From Planctomycetota bacterium (lineage in GTDB: Bacteria; Planctomycetota; Planctomycetia; Pirellulales; Thermoguttaceae): a stretch of 64,000 nt of DNA. Positions 1-9,314 of this stretch are shown in pieces. Every line of letters begins with the position of its first letter. The first letter of the stretch is position 1. The position numbers were made by a program, and so were the translations under genes. The notes below the pieces were generated by a model, which saw only the letters and a list, made by a program, of their open reading frames with translations, searched no databases and was not told the origin of the DNA. The stretch lies in the NCBI GenBank assembly GCA_029550925.1, contig JAKPGL010000016.1, positions 1,734 through 65,733 on the forward strand, in the 5' to 3' direction.

Positions 1-460
1 GGCCAATGGACAGGCGCACAGCGAGGCGTCGGCTATAGCAGCATGTATCCGAACCTCTTTCCCGGCGGCGTCTCTTCGGACGCACCGATGCCGAGCGAAA
101 CTGAACCCACACCCGCCCCACCGCCCCCATCTCGGCCCGGGTGTTCGGAGTGCGGCAAAGGGCATCAAGTTCGGCTCCAGCGAATACCGGTTCCGCCGAG
201 CAGTAGTCAACAAAATTTCATGGATCCTCGGGTCTCTCCCACAGGGTACTCCAACCTGGCCCAACGCCCCCGCCAACCCTATCGGGATCCGGCGGCCCGG
301 TAAAGAGAGCCGGTTGCATTGTGGGCCGTCAACCACTGTCGCTTGAAGCCTAGCATCATGATGCTATCGCAAGCGGTTGGAGGTCGGAGACGACAGCGCA
401 ACCGGCGCCGAATTTTCGGGCAAGCTCTTTTCCCTGCCTCTCCGGGATGGTAAAATCCAC

Positions 461-552
461 TTTCCTATACGTGGGGAGTGCAGACGGCGGCCAAATGACC
501 GTCAGTCCGCCCCATTGGCGTCCGGAGAGAGGTTTCGCCACCGTATAGGGAA
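461..552. ncRNA. Candidate structured RNA (three-way junction), family unassigned
   Basis: Hand-paired stems: 461-471/542-552 (11 bp, one G-U on +), 472-476/510-514, 483-487/499-503, 516-520/536-540. Lies in noncoding DNA upstream of the beta-helix gene. Confidence 0.35.
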
Positions 553-716
553 CATTTTCCCCTACCTGTTTAGCCCACCCAAAACGGAACCCACCTGGAA
601 CCGCTTTGCCAAACGTGCGGCAAAGCTCCCCTAGACAAGGCTTGGGAAAACGTCGTTGGTTTACACGCCCCTGTTGTGCGCCCTGGCAAACACTCTTTTT
701 ACAAAGGAGAGAGAAG

Positions 717-2867
717 ATGCCTGCTATGACCAGATGCTTGGTGTGGATCGTGCTTCTTACCGCGGCAGGAAGCCTATTGTCCCAAGGGGCGACCCTGGCG
801 GAGGAGAAACCAAGTGCCTATTCGGCGGACCTTTATGTAACGCCGGACGGCAACGACAGTTGGAGCGGGCGGTTGCCTGCGCCCAACGCCGACCGGACCG
901 ACGGCCCCTTGGCCAGCCCGCAAAAGGCAACCCAACTGGTTCGGCAACTCAAATCGGCCGAGCCGAACCGAAATCGGCCCGTTCGGGTGGCCTTTCGCGG
1001 CGGCGTATATGAACTGGCAAGCACCTGGGTTTTGGATCCGGCCGACTCCGGCGCCGCCGAAACCCCGGTCATCTACGAAGCCTATCCGGGCGAGCGCCCC
1101 ATCCTGAGCGGCGGCCGGCGGCTTAGCGGCTGGCAGGTGCAACCCGACGGCCGATGGACCCTCCAATTGCCAGAGGTGAAAGAAGGCAAATGGATTTTTG
1201 AACAGCTCTTCGTCAATGACCAGCGCCGCTTCACGCCCCGGTTGCCCAAAAAAGGCTACTATACGATCGCCAAACAAGTCCCCGCCACCGCAGACGCAGC
1301 GCCGCACGGCCATAACCGATTCGGTTTCCGGGGCGATGACATCCGGGCCGCTTGGGCCGGTACGGATGTTGAACTATTGGGCTTCCATCAGTGGTCGGCC
1401 AGCCGGCTTCGGATCGCCGCGGTGGACCCGGAGCAAAAGATCGTTACCCTGGCGGGGCCTTCGGTGGGCGCCAGTTACTGGGGCGCTTTTCCCGAAGGGC
1501 ACCGCTATCTGCTCTTTAACGTCAAAGACGCCCTCAGCGAACCGGGCGAATTCTATCTGGATCGGCAGACCGGCCAGTTGACCTATTTGCCCAAGCCGGG
1601 CGAAACGCTGGCATCGGCCGTCGTGGTCGCCCCCCGGCTGGATCAGCTTTTGGCCTTGGTGGGCGATGTGGCAGGCCGAAAATGGGTGCAATATGTACAG
1701 GTTCGGGGGTTGGACTTTGCCCACTCCAACTGGAGCTATCCGCCCGGCGGCGTTCGCCATCCGCAGGCCGAGGTGGGGTTAGAGTCGGCCATTTTGGCCC
1801 AAGGCGCACGGGAAGTGGTGTTTGAGGATTGTGCGGTTCGGCATACGGGCGGCTACGGGATGGCCTTTGGCATCGGCTGCCGGCAGATTCGGGTCGAACG
1901 CTGCGAGATGATCGACCTGGGCGGCGGCGGGGTGAAGATCGGCCATGCCGGCGCCGCCTCCTGGGCCGAAGCCCACCGGCAACCGGCCAACGAGGACGAA
2001 GAAGTCTCTCATATTACGGTTCGAGACTGCACGATTGCCTTTGGCGGCCGGTTGCACCCGGCGGCTGTTGGCGTATGGATCGGCCATAGCCCGCACAATC
2101 TCATTGAACATAATGACATCTATGATTTTTACTACACCGGCATTTCGGTCGGTTGGGTCTGGGGCTACGCCCCGAGCCGGGCGCATCATAACCGCATCCT
2201 TTTCAACCACATCCACACGATCGGCCAGGGCGTGCTTTCGGATATGGGCGGCGTCTATACCCTGGGCGTCTCGCCCGGCACGGTCGTCAGCAATAACCAC
2301 ATCCACGATGTCCATAGCTATAGCTACGGCGGCTGGGGCCTCTATACCGACGAAGGCTCCTCACAGATCGTGATGGAAAACAATCTGGTCTATCGGACCA
2401 AAACCGGCGGCTTCCACCAGCACTATGGCCGAGAAAACCGCATCCAGAACAATATCTTCGCCTTCGCCCTGGAGCAGCAGCTCCAGCGGACCCGCACCGA
2501 ACCGCACATCTCCTTCTATTTCGAGCGGAATATCGTCTATTGGACCCAGGGGGCGCTACTGGGCAGCAATTGGAACGACAATAACTTCCGCATGGATTGG
2601 AACTGCTACTGGAACGCCGAGGGCAAACCGGTGGTCTTCCCCGGCAACCTCTCGTTTGCCGAGTGGCAGGCCAAGCGGCAACAGGACCGAAACTCCATCA
2701 TTGCCGATCCCGGCTTTGTCGATCCCCAAAAGGGCGATTTTCGTCTCAAGCCGGATAGCCCTGTGCTAAAACTGGGCTTCAAGCCGTTCGATTACACGAA
2801 GGCCGGTCGGATCAGCCCAGCCAAGCTCGTAGGCCGCCTGCCCACGCCTCCCAAGGCGTTCGATTAA
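717..2867 (+). CDS. Secreted right-handed parallel beta-helix protein (GH141-like putative glycoside hydrolase)
   Basis: ORF 606..2867; likely start ATG 717 after AAGGAG. Signal peptide, '[12 protein letters not shown]', '[11 protein letters not shown]', '[10 protein letters not shown]', and a C-terminal '[16 protein letters not shown]'. Confidence 0.8.
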   Translation: MPAMTRCLVWIVLLTAAGSLLSQGATLAEEKPSAYSADLYVTPDGNDSWSGRLPAPNADRTDGPLASPQKATQLVRQLKSAEPNRNRPVRVAFRGGVYELASTWVLDPADSGAAETPVIYEAYPGERPILSGGRRLSGWQVQPDGRWTLQLPEVKEGKWIFEQLFVNDQRRFTPRLPKKGYYTIAKQVPATADAAPHGHNRFGFRGDDIRAAWAGTDVELLGFHQWSASRLRIAAVDPEQKIVTLAGPSVGASYWGAFPEGHRYLLFNVKDALSEPGEFYLDRQTGQLTYLPKPGETLASAVVVAPRLDQLLALVGDVAGRKWVQYVQVRGLDFAHSNWSYPPGGVRHPQAEVGLESAILAQGAREVVFEDCAVRHTGGYGMAFGIGCRQIRVERCEMIDLGGGGVKIGHAGAASWAEAHRQPANEDEEVSHITVRDCTIAFGGRLHPAAVGVWIGHSPHNLIEHNDIYDFYYTGISVGWVWGYAPSRAHHNRILFNHIHTIGQGVLSDMGGVYTLGVSPGTVVSNNHIHDVHSYSYGGWGLYTDEGSSQIVMENNLVYRTKTGGFHQHYGRENRIQNNIFAFALEQQLQRTRTEPHISFYFERNIVYWTQGALLGSNWNDNNFRMDWNCYWNAEGKPVVFPGNLSFAEWQAKRQQDRNSIIADPGFVDPQKGDFRLKPDSPVLKLGFKPFDYTKAGRISPAKLVGRLPTPPKAFD

Positions 2868-3179
2868 CGCCGGAAAATCAAGCCGGCCCCTATTACATAG
2901 GCTGTTCCTGGGTAAAAAATGATCCGTAAAGAAGTGGTTTAGAAGTGGAGGACTACCAGCCGTTGTTTCGAATGCCGTTCCGAGGCTATTTCGGAGGCTA
3001 TTTTTTGTGGATCATTTTAAGATGGCTGAAACTGCTTGAGGCTTTCCGGCCGCCTTGGCGCCCATACAGCCTTATTTCAGTTTCTGGCTTCTTCGGTGGT
3101 GTAACTCGTCCAAAGGAAGTATTCTTTCTTAGGGCCGGGACAAGGTCCGTGTCCATACTTCGGCAGTGGCCTCTTTCGG

Positions 3180-3389
3180 CTACATCAATACGTGGATGAG
3201 AACGGCGAGGGCAACCGGAATCGTCATCCCGATCACAATCATCACAAGACAGCCACGTCCTGTGATCATTCTGCCAATTTTCCTTTGTCGTCCGCTTTTG
3301 GTTAGTGGAATACCTATGGATCGAGAAATCCTAGACTTTGCTGCGGATATCCCGAGGAATCTCTTCCACGAAAAGCCACCTCGGTTCAT
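3180..3389 (-). CDS. Small basic hypothetical protein (69 aa) with a C-terminal transmembrane segment
   Basis: Strong RBS (GAGGAGG) before ATG 3389. 'FSWKRFLGISAAKSRISRSIGIPLTKSGRQRKIG' resembles a widespread small-protein motif (from recall); hydrophobic tail. Confidence 0.65.
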   Translation of the reverse strand: MNRGGFSWKRFLGISAAKSRISRSIGIPLTKSGRQRKIGRMITGRGCLVMIVIGMTIPVALAVLIHVLM

Positions 3390-3421
3390 GTTAAACTTCC
3401 TCCTCTTGCCTAATCCGTTAG

Positions 3422-3615
3422 GGAACATTTCAGCCGAATGCAGAGGAGGCTGATTTTATGGCGGAAATTGCCCGGAATTGTCATTCCCGCGAAAGCTCTC
3501 AATCCAGGGTCCTATAAGGCGGCACATTGTTATTCCTCCCAAGCAGCGGCTCCAAGAAGCCTAGATTCCTGCTTGCGCAGGAATGACAAGGTACTGCATT
3601 CGGCTAAAATGTTTC
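3422..3615 (+). mobile_element. MITE-like element with REP doublet, copy 1
   Basis: TIRs ggaacatttcagccgaatgcag (3422-3443) and ctgcattcggctaaaatgtttc (3594-3615). Internal gtcattcccgcg...gcaggaatgac core. No TSD evident. Confidence 0.85.
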
Positions 3616-3633
3616 GGAACAAGAAGCATAGGT

Positions 3634-4980
3634 TTAATTTAGGGATTTTAGCACTTGGACGGCTTGGTGGGCCAGTTGCTGGGCGTCGGCTTCGGCGCGG
3701 GCCTCGGCCACGATGCGGCAGATGGGTTCCGTATTGCTGGGGCGTACCAGGAGCCAACGGTCGGGCCAATCCAGGCGCAGGCCGTCCAGCCGATCCGCCC
3801 GACTGTCCGAAAAATGCCGTTCTAGCCGATCCAATGCGTCCCGCACTTTGCCCGGCTCCAGGGGGACTTTGGTTTTGATGATTTCATAGCGGGGCAATTG
3901 CTCGGCCAAGGCGGCCGCCGACAGGCCGGTCTGGGCCATCGCCTCCAGCACCAGGGCCATGCCGACCAAACTGTCCCGCACATAGCCGACGCGGGGATCG
4001 ATCGGGCCGCCATTGCCTTCGCCGCCGAATAGGGCGTCTTTGGCCAGCATGAGATCCACGACGTGCGGCTCGCCCACCGGAGATCGAAAGAAGGGGACAT
4101 CGTATTTTCGGGCCAAGTCTTCGATCATTCGGCTGGTGGAGCAATTGGTTACGATGGGGCCTTTTCGGGTTTTCAGGACATGATCCACGCAGAGGGCCAG
4201 GGTGGCTTCTTCGCCGAGGTAGCGGCCGGTGGCATCGAGGATGGCCAGCCGATCGGCGTCTGGGTCCTGGGCAAAGGCGATGTCCACGCCGGATTGGCGG
4301 ACCAGGGTAGAAAGACTGACGAGGTTTTCGGCAGTCGGTTCTGGGGGATGTTCGAATTGGCCGTCCGCCTGGCCGCCCACTAGCACCACCTGACAACCCA
4401 GGGCGTCCAGGAGACGACGGCCTGCTTCGGCGCCGGCACCGTGGTTGGCGTCCAGAAGGACCTTAAACGAGCGGGCACGGATCTGCTGGGCATCCACCAC
4501 GGCCAGCACCGCCTCGATATGGGGGGCGATTGGGTCTGGACAAGGCTGTCCAACGCCGATCCGGTGCCAGGGAACCCATTCGCCAGGGCCTCGGCGATAC
4601 CCCTCCAGCACCTGTTGGCCGAAGTGGTTGGGCACAATCCGGCCTTCGGAAGCGAAAAGTTTCAGACCGTTGTATTCGAGCGGATTGTGGCTAGCTGAGA
4701 TCATGACCCCACCGGCTGCTTGGTGCTTTCGCACCAAAACCCCTAAGGTGGGGGTAGGGACAATGCCGGCTTGAAAGGTGTTTCGACCGGCGGCGTGCAG
4801 GGCGGCCAAGACAGCCTCCTGGAGCATCAGGCCGCTGGGTCGGCTATCCCGGCCAACAACGATCGGCCCGGCCGGCGCCAGCCGGGCAAAAGCCGCCGCA
4901 TACCGCAATGCCGCCTCCGGCGTCAAGTGCTGTCCGACAATCCCACGCAAACCAGAAACACTGATGATCAGATGGGCCAT
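3634..4980 (-). CDS. Phosphohexomutase (phosphoglucosamine mutase / phosphomannomutase family)
   Basis: 'SASHNP' catalytic Ser loop, 'DPDADR' metal loop, 'GGEGNG', 'RPSNTEP'. Confidence 0.9.
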   Translation of the reverse strand: MAHLIISVSGLRGIVGQHLTPEAALRYAAAFARLAPAGPIVVGRDSRPSGLMLQEAVLAALHAAGRNTFQAGIVPTPTLGVLVRKHQAAGGVMISASHNPLEYNGLKLFASEGRIVPNHFGQQVLEGYRRGPGEWVPWHRIGVGQPCPDPIAPHIEAVLAVVDAQQIRARSFKVLLDANHGAGAEAGRRLLDALGCQVVLVGGQADGQFEHPPEPTAENLVSLSTLVRQSGVDIAFAQDPDADRLAILDATGRYLGEEATLALCVDHVLKTRKGPIVTNCSTSRMIEDLARKYDVPFFRSPVGEPHVVDLMLAKDALFGGEGNGGPIDPRVGYVRDSLVGMALVLEAMAQTGLSAAALAEQLPRYEIIKTKVPLEPGKVRDALDRLERHFSDSRADRLDGLRLDWPDRWLLVRPSNTEPICRIVAEARAEADAQQLAHQAVQVLKSLN

Positions 4981-5233
4981 GCCGCTGCTCTCCTGCCAAC
5001 GTCCTCCAAAGCCATAGTATAGACCAAAACCTAGGGGCCTAAAAGCGCCGGCGCACCGGGGGACTCCCGTCTGTCAGTCAGGCTTGATTAGCCCTGCCTA
5101 CGAGGCATCCAGGGGGGTGGGGGAACGTCTGGACATTTGGACTGCCGCTTGCGAGGAAATGACAATAAGGAACCAGAGGGGAATGAGAACTAAAAACCAG
5201 ATAGGAACAGCCGACCTCTTCCTTCGGCAGGAG

Positions 5234-5242
5234 TGGTATAAC
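5234..5242 (+). promoter_or_regulatory. Putative extended -10 promoter element
   Basis: TGgTATAAC in the divergent intergenic region upstream of the second mutase. Confidence 0.35.
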
Positions 5243-5495
5243 AAAAGGGTTTCAGAGTCCGTACCTCTTTTCTTCGCTCTGGAATTGGGCAAAATGATGT
5301 TTTCGGAACGAGGGGCAGGAATACCTAGAAACATTAACTTAGGCGATTTGGGTGGTTTGGGAAGTTTAGGGCGGCGTTTGTTAGTGCTTTCGGTTTAAAG
5401 GGGCTAAGGTTGTTTTGTGGTTGGGGGAGGGGTTCCAAGTGGGGGGCGGCGAGACAGATGTATTTTGGAAATCACCCGATGGAAAGGAGTTGACC

Positions 5496-7358
5496 ATGAA
5501 ACGGAAAGAAGAGCGACTCGATCTTCAGGAGATATTGGCCCTTTTGGACCAGGCCGCTGCGGCCGGAAAGCTATCGGCCAGTGCGGCGTCCTTTATCCGC
5601 ACCTGGCTGACCGAACCTGCCTACGCCGAGTACGCTCCCTTGGTGGCCGAGCACATCCAACAAGGCCGCTGGGCCCAATTGGATGAGGTCTTCTGGCAGG
5701 TGATCCCGTTCGGCACTGGCGGTCGTCGCGGCAAGATGTACCCTATCGGAACCAATGCGATCAACCATCGGACCATGGCCGAGTCTGCCCAAGGAATGGC
5801 CGACTACGTAACCGACTATATCCGTTCCCATCCGACCGGAGAGCCGCTCCGTTGTGCGATTGCCTACGACACCCGGCATCGGTCGCCGGAATTTGCGCGG
5901 TTGTGTGCGGAGGTAATGGCGGCCAACGGGTTTCGGGTCTATTTTTTGGAGGGTTTCCGCAGTACGCCGGAGCTGTCGTTCGCTGTGCGGTACAAAAAAT
6001 GTTCGTGCGGCCTGATGATCACCGCAAGCCATAATCCGCCGGAGGACAATGCGATCAAGGTGTATTGGTCCACGGGGGGCCAATTGCTGCCGCCGCACGA
6101 CGAGGGGGTCATTCGGCGGGTGATGGCCGTGCGAGAAATTCGCCGGGTGGATTTCCAGCAGGCCGTAGCTGAGGGCAAAATCCTCATCTGCCAGGAGGAA
6201 GTGGATGCGGCGTTTCAGCGGGCGGTGCTGGAGCAAAGTCGGCCTGGGCCTCGGGAGCTGAAGATTCTCTATTCGCCGCTTCATGGCGTGGGGACTTCGG
6301 CGGTGGTCCCGGTGCTGGAAGCGGATGGATTTAGGCAGGTGGAAGTGTTTGGTCCTCATGCGGCGCCGGACGGCGATTTTCCGAACGTGCCCCGCCATGT
6401 GGCCAATCCGGAAAACGCCGAGGTATTTAATGCGATGATCGAATATGCCCGGAGCCACGGGTTTGAGCTGATTTTGGCCACCGATCCGGACTGCGATCGG
6501 GTCGGGTGTGCGGCGCCGGTTCGATGGGAACAAGGCGCCCCCTGGCAAACCCTGACCGGCAACCAGATCGGCGCCCTGTTGGCCGAGTATTTACTCCAGC
6601 AGGCCAAGCAGGCAGGCCGACTGACGCCGAACCATTATGTGGTCAAAACGGCCGTTACCACGGAGCTGATCCGGCGGATTGCCGAGGCGTATGGGGTCCG
6701 GTGTGTGGGGGACCTTTTGGTGGGCTTTAAGTGGATCGGCGGGGTGATCGACGAGATGGGGGCGGAGGGCTTTGTGCTGGGCGCCGAGGAATCCTATGGT
6801 TTCTTGATCGGGGCCCATGCGCGGGACAAAGACGCCGCCGTTGCGTCGATGGTGCTTGCGGAGCTGGCGGCCCAGGCCAAAGCAGCCGGTCAAACCCTGT
6901 ACCAAAAGTTGCACGAACTTTTCCGTCGGTACGGTTGCCATCAGGAGTCGGCTTTTTCCGAGCAGATGCCTGGGGCGGAAGGGATGCAAAAAATGCAAGC
7001 CCTGATGAACCGCCTGAGAACCCAGACGCCGGCCCGGATCGGCCAATTTCCGGTAACGGCGGTGCGGGACTTCCTCCAGGGGCTTCGCACCGAGCCGGGC
7101 CGATCCCCCCAACCCTATTCAACGCCTCAAAAAGGCGATATGCTATTCTTCGATCTCCTGGATCCGGCTGAGCCGGGAATTGCCTATCAGGCGGCAGTTC
7201 GGCCCTCGGGCACCGAGCCGAAAGTAAAATTTTATTTATTTGCCTATCAGCCGCCGAACATGCAGGACGATATGAAATCGGCGGTTTCGAGTTTGCAGGA
7301 CCGATTGGCCAATCTCCGGGCGGATCTGAAAGGATATGTAAAGCAGGTGGTAGAGTAA
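5496..7358 (+). CDS. Phospho-sugar mutase (phosphoglucomutase/phosphomannomutase, PgcA-like)
   Basis: ATG 5496 after GGAAAGGAG. 'FGTGGRRG', 'TASHNP', 'DPDCDR', 'EESYG', 'RPSGTEPK'. Confidence 0.9.
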   Translation: MKRKEERLDLQEILALLDQAAAAGKLSASAASFIRTWLTEPAYAEYAPLVAEHIQQGRWAQLDEVFWQVIPFGTGGRRGKMYPIGTNAINHRTMAESAQGMADYVTDYIRSHPTGEPLRCAIAYDTRHRSPEFARLCAEVMAANGFRVYFLEGFRSTPELSFAVRYKKCSCGLMITASHNPPEDNAIKVYWSTGGQLLPPHDEGVIRRVMAVREIRRVDFQQAVAEGKILICQEEVDAAFQRAVLEQSRPGPRELKILYSPLHGVGTSAVVPVLEADGFRQVEVFGPHAAPDGDFPNVPRHVANPENAEVFNAMIEYARSHGFELILATDPDCDRVGCAAPVRWEQGAPWQTLTGNQIGALLAEYLLQQAKQAGRLTPNHYVVKTAVTTELIRRIAEAYGVRCVGDLLVGFKWIGGVIDEMGAEGFVLGAEESYGFLIGAHARDKDAAVASMVLAELAAQAKAAGQTLYQKLHELFRRYGCHQESAFSEQMPGAEGMQKMQALMNRLRTQTPARIGQFPVTAVRDFLQGLRTEPGRSPQPYSTPQKGDMLFFDLLDPAEPGIAYQAAVRPSGTEPKVKFYLFAYQPPNMQDDMKSAVSSLQDRLANLRADLKGYVKQVVE

Positions 7359-7479
7359 TCTCGTCCGTGTTTGGCGGCTCATCCCCCTTGGTCGGCAACA
7401 GCCCGACGGAGGCGGCGGGCTGGTCGAGGGACCACAAGGAGAATTTTTGTTTAAACTTGCGAGGGGGCCGTAGGCTTCG

Positions 7480-8436
7480 ATGCGACTGATCATGATGGGG
7501 ACCGGCCCATTTGGGGCGCCGACGTTTCGAGAGCTTTTCGACACGCACCACCAGGTGCTTCTGCTGGTTACCGGGCCAGTGCGTCCGGCGTCTGGCCGAG
7601 CAGCGCCGCCGGCTTCCCCGATGCGGGACATCGCCCACGAACACGGGATACCCATTTTCGCCCCGGAAAATATAAACACCCCAGAGGCTCAAGCCCAGCT
7701 AGCCGCCTGCGGCGCTGATCTGTTGATCGTTTGCGACTATGGTCAAATTCTTTCGGCCCAGACGTTGGCGACGGCTCGGTTGGGCGGCATGAATCTGCAC
7801 GGTTCGTTGTTGCCCAAATATCGGGGGGCCGCGCCGATCAACTGGGCACTTTATCACGGCGAAACCGAAACCGGGGTAAGCGTCATCCACATGACGCCGG
7901 AGGTGGACGCCGGCCCTTGCGTCGGCCAGGTGCGAGTGCCCATCCATCCGGATGAAACCGCCGTGGAGTTGGAACGTCGGTTGGCCGAGATCGGCGCCTG
8001 GTTGGTACGCCGGGTGTTGGACAACATGGAGGCCGGGCAACTCGAAGCCCTTCCGCAGGACCCTTCCCAGGCCTCGAAAGCCCCTCGGCTTAAAAAAGAA
8101 CACGGTCTCATCGACTGGTCCCGACCAGCCCTGGCCATCAAAAATCACGTGCGGGCCATGGAACCCTGGCCGAAATGCTACACCTATTGGCTTCGGCCCA
8201 ACGGCGAACCGCTCCGCTTGATCCTCGGCCCCGTCCAAGTGTTGCCGCCGGAAAAATACCCCAAAGCAGAACCGGGAACCGTACTGGCCGTGGAGCCGGA
8301 CCTGCTGGTCGTAAGCGCCGGCGACGGGCCGGTAGGGATTACCTGCGTGCAGCCGGCGGGGAAGAAGATGCTTCCGGCCCGGGCGTTTTGGTGCGGTTAT
8401 CGGATTCAACCTGGGGACCGGCTTGGGTCCGGCTGA
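7480..8436 (+). CDS. fmt: Methionyl-tRNA formyltransferase
   Basis: 'MMGTGPF', 'NLHGSLLPKYRGAAPINWAL', 'VDAG', C-terminal 'VQPAGKK'. Confidence 0.95.
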   Translation: MRLIMMGTGPFGAPTFRELFDTHHQVLLLVTGPVRPASGRAAPPASPMRDIAHEHGIPIFAPENINTPEAQAQLAACGADLLIVCDYGQILSAQTLATARLGGMNLHGSLLPKYRGAAPINWALYHGETETGVSVIHMTPEVDAGPCVGQVRVPIHPDETAVELERRLAEIGAWLVRRVLDNMEAGQLEALPQDPSQASKAPRLKKEHGLIDWSRPALAIKNHVRAMEPWPKCYTYWLRPNGEPLRLILGPVQVLPPEKYPKAEPGTVLAVEPDLLVVSAGDGPVGITCVQPAGKKMLPARAFWCGYRIQPGDRLGSG

Positions 8437-9314
8437 AAACGTTTGATCAACGTAACCTGGTTCCCTTTTTCGTTGTAGCGGACCTCATCCATGAAACTCC
8501 GCATGAGGAGGATTCCGCGGCCGCTGCATTTTTCCAGGTTGGCGGCGTCCGTAGGATCGGGCAGACCATGGGGATCGAAGCCGGGGCCTTCGTCCGCGAT
8601 GACAAACCGCGCTTCTTCCGCACTGAGAGCGGCTTCCAAAGAGACTTTGCGGAAACAGTAGGGCGGCGTAGATCGCCGCTGGGTCAACAGGGTTTGAAAC
8701 GCCTTTTCATCCATATCTTTCAGTTGGGAACTTAATTCAAGATTGCCGTGGATGATGGCGTTTGAAATCGCTTCTTCCAGGGCTACGCCGATGCGGGTCC
8801 GTTCGGTGGGGTCGTTCACGCCCAGTTGGGCAAGGTTTTCTTGCAAATATCCCACCAACGGGCCGATCAAGCTCAGGTCATTTTCCAGCAGGAATACGCA
8901 AGAGCTTTCGGTGATACAGCCGAGCAGACGGGTAGGCAAATGCTCTTGGCGGGCGGCGGCAAGGACTTTGGCGACGGTCTGCAAGAGGTGGTCGGCCAGG
9001 CGGTGTTTGGAAATATAACTGACTGCTCCTCGGCGGAGGGCCTCCACGGCGGCCTGTTCACTGCCCCGAGAAGTCAGCAGGATGACCGGCGCCGCGGGAT
9101 AGCGGCGGTGGATATGTTCGACCAATTGCAGGCCGTCCAGGATCGGCATGACCAGATCGGTGATCACCAGGTCCGGAACCATCTGGGCCAGTTTTTCCAG
9201 GGCCTCTGCGCCGTTGGAAGCGCATTCTACTTGCAGTTCCGGATCGGCCCGCAGCAAACCTGCGATATACTGACGATCCGTTCCGGAGTCGTCCACCAGC
9301 AGAATCTTAGGCAT
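8406..9314 (-). CDS. Response regulator fused to an RsbW-like (HATPase_c_2) anti-sigma/serine kinase domain
   Basis: Intact REC domain (VDDS, TDLVMP, SK) followed by 'EAISNAIIHGN', 'DEGPGFDP', 'GRGILLMRSFMDEV.YN.KGN'. Confidence 0.88.
   Translation of the reverse strand: MPKILLVDDSGTDRQYIAGLLRADPELQVECASNGAEALEKLAQMVPDLVITDLVMPILDGLQLVEHIHRRYPAAPVILLTSRGSEQAAVEALRRGAVSYISKHRLADHLLQTVAKVLAAARQEHLPTRLLGCITESSCVFLLENDLSLIGPLVGYLQENLAQLGVNDPTERTRIGVALEEAISNAIIHGNLELSSQLKDMDEKAFQTLLTQRRSTPPYCFRKVSLEAALSAEEARFVIADEGPGFDPHGLPDPTDAANLEKCSGRGILLMRSFMDEVRYNEKGNQVTLIKRFQPDPSRSPG

Noticed and set aside
1..360. Possible CDS at the window start
   Set aside because: Open frames exist on both strands, but there is no convincing start, RBS or motif.
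461..552. Hammerhead ribozyme, c-di-GMP-I or TPP riboswitch
   Set aside because: Only partial motifs are present (GAAA, CTGACG, GGCGAAACC). The hammerhead CUGANGA/UH, GEMM GCAAAGC and TPP CUGAGA cores are missing.
3438..3878. ORFs with 'VIPA', 'LDSCLRRND' or 'YCIRLKCY' peptides (also 14999-15382, 37434-38117, 47481-47702, 52430-52888, 63532-63726)
   Set aside because: These are translations of the MITE/REP sequence, not genes.
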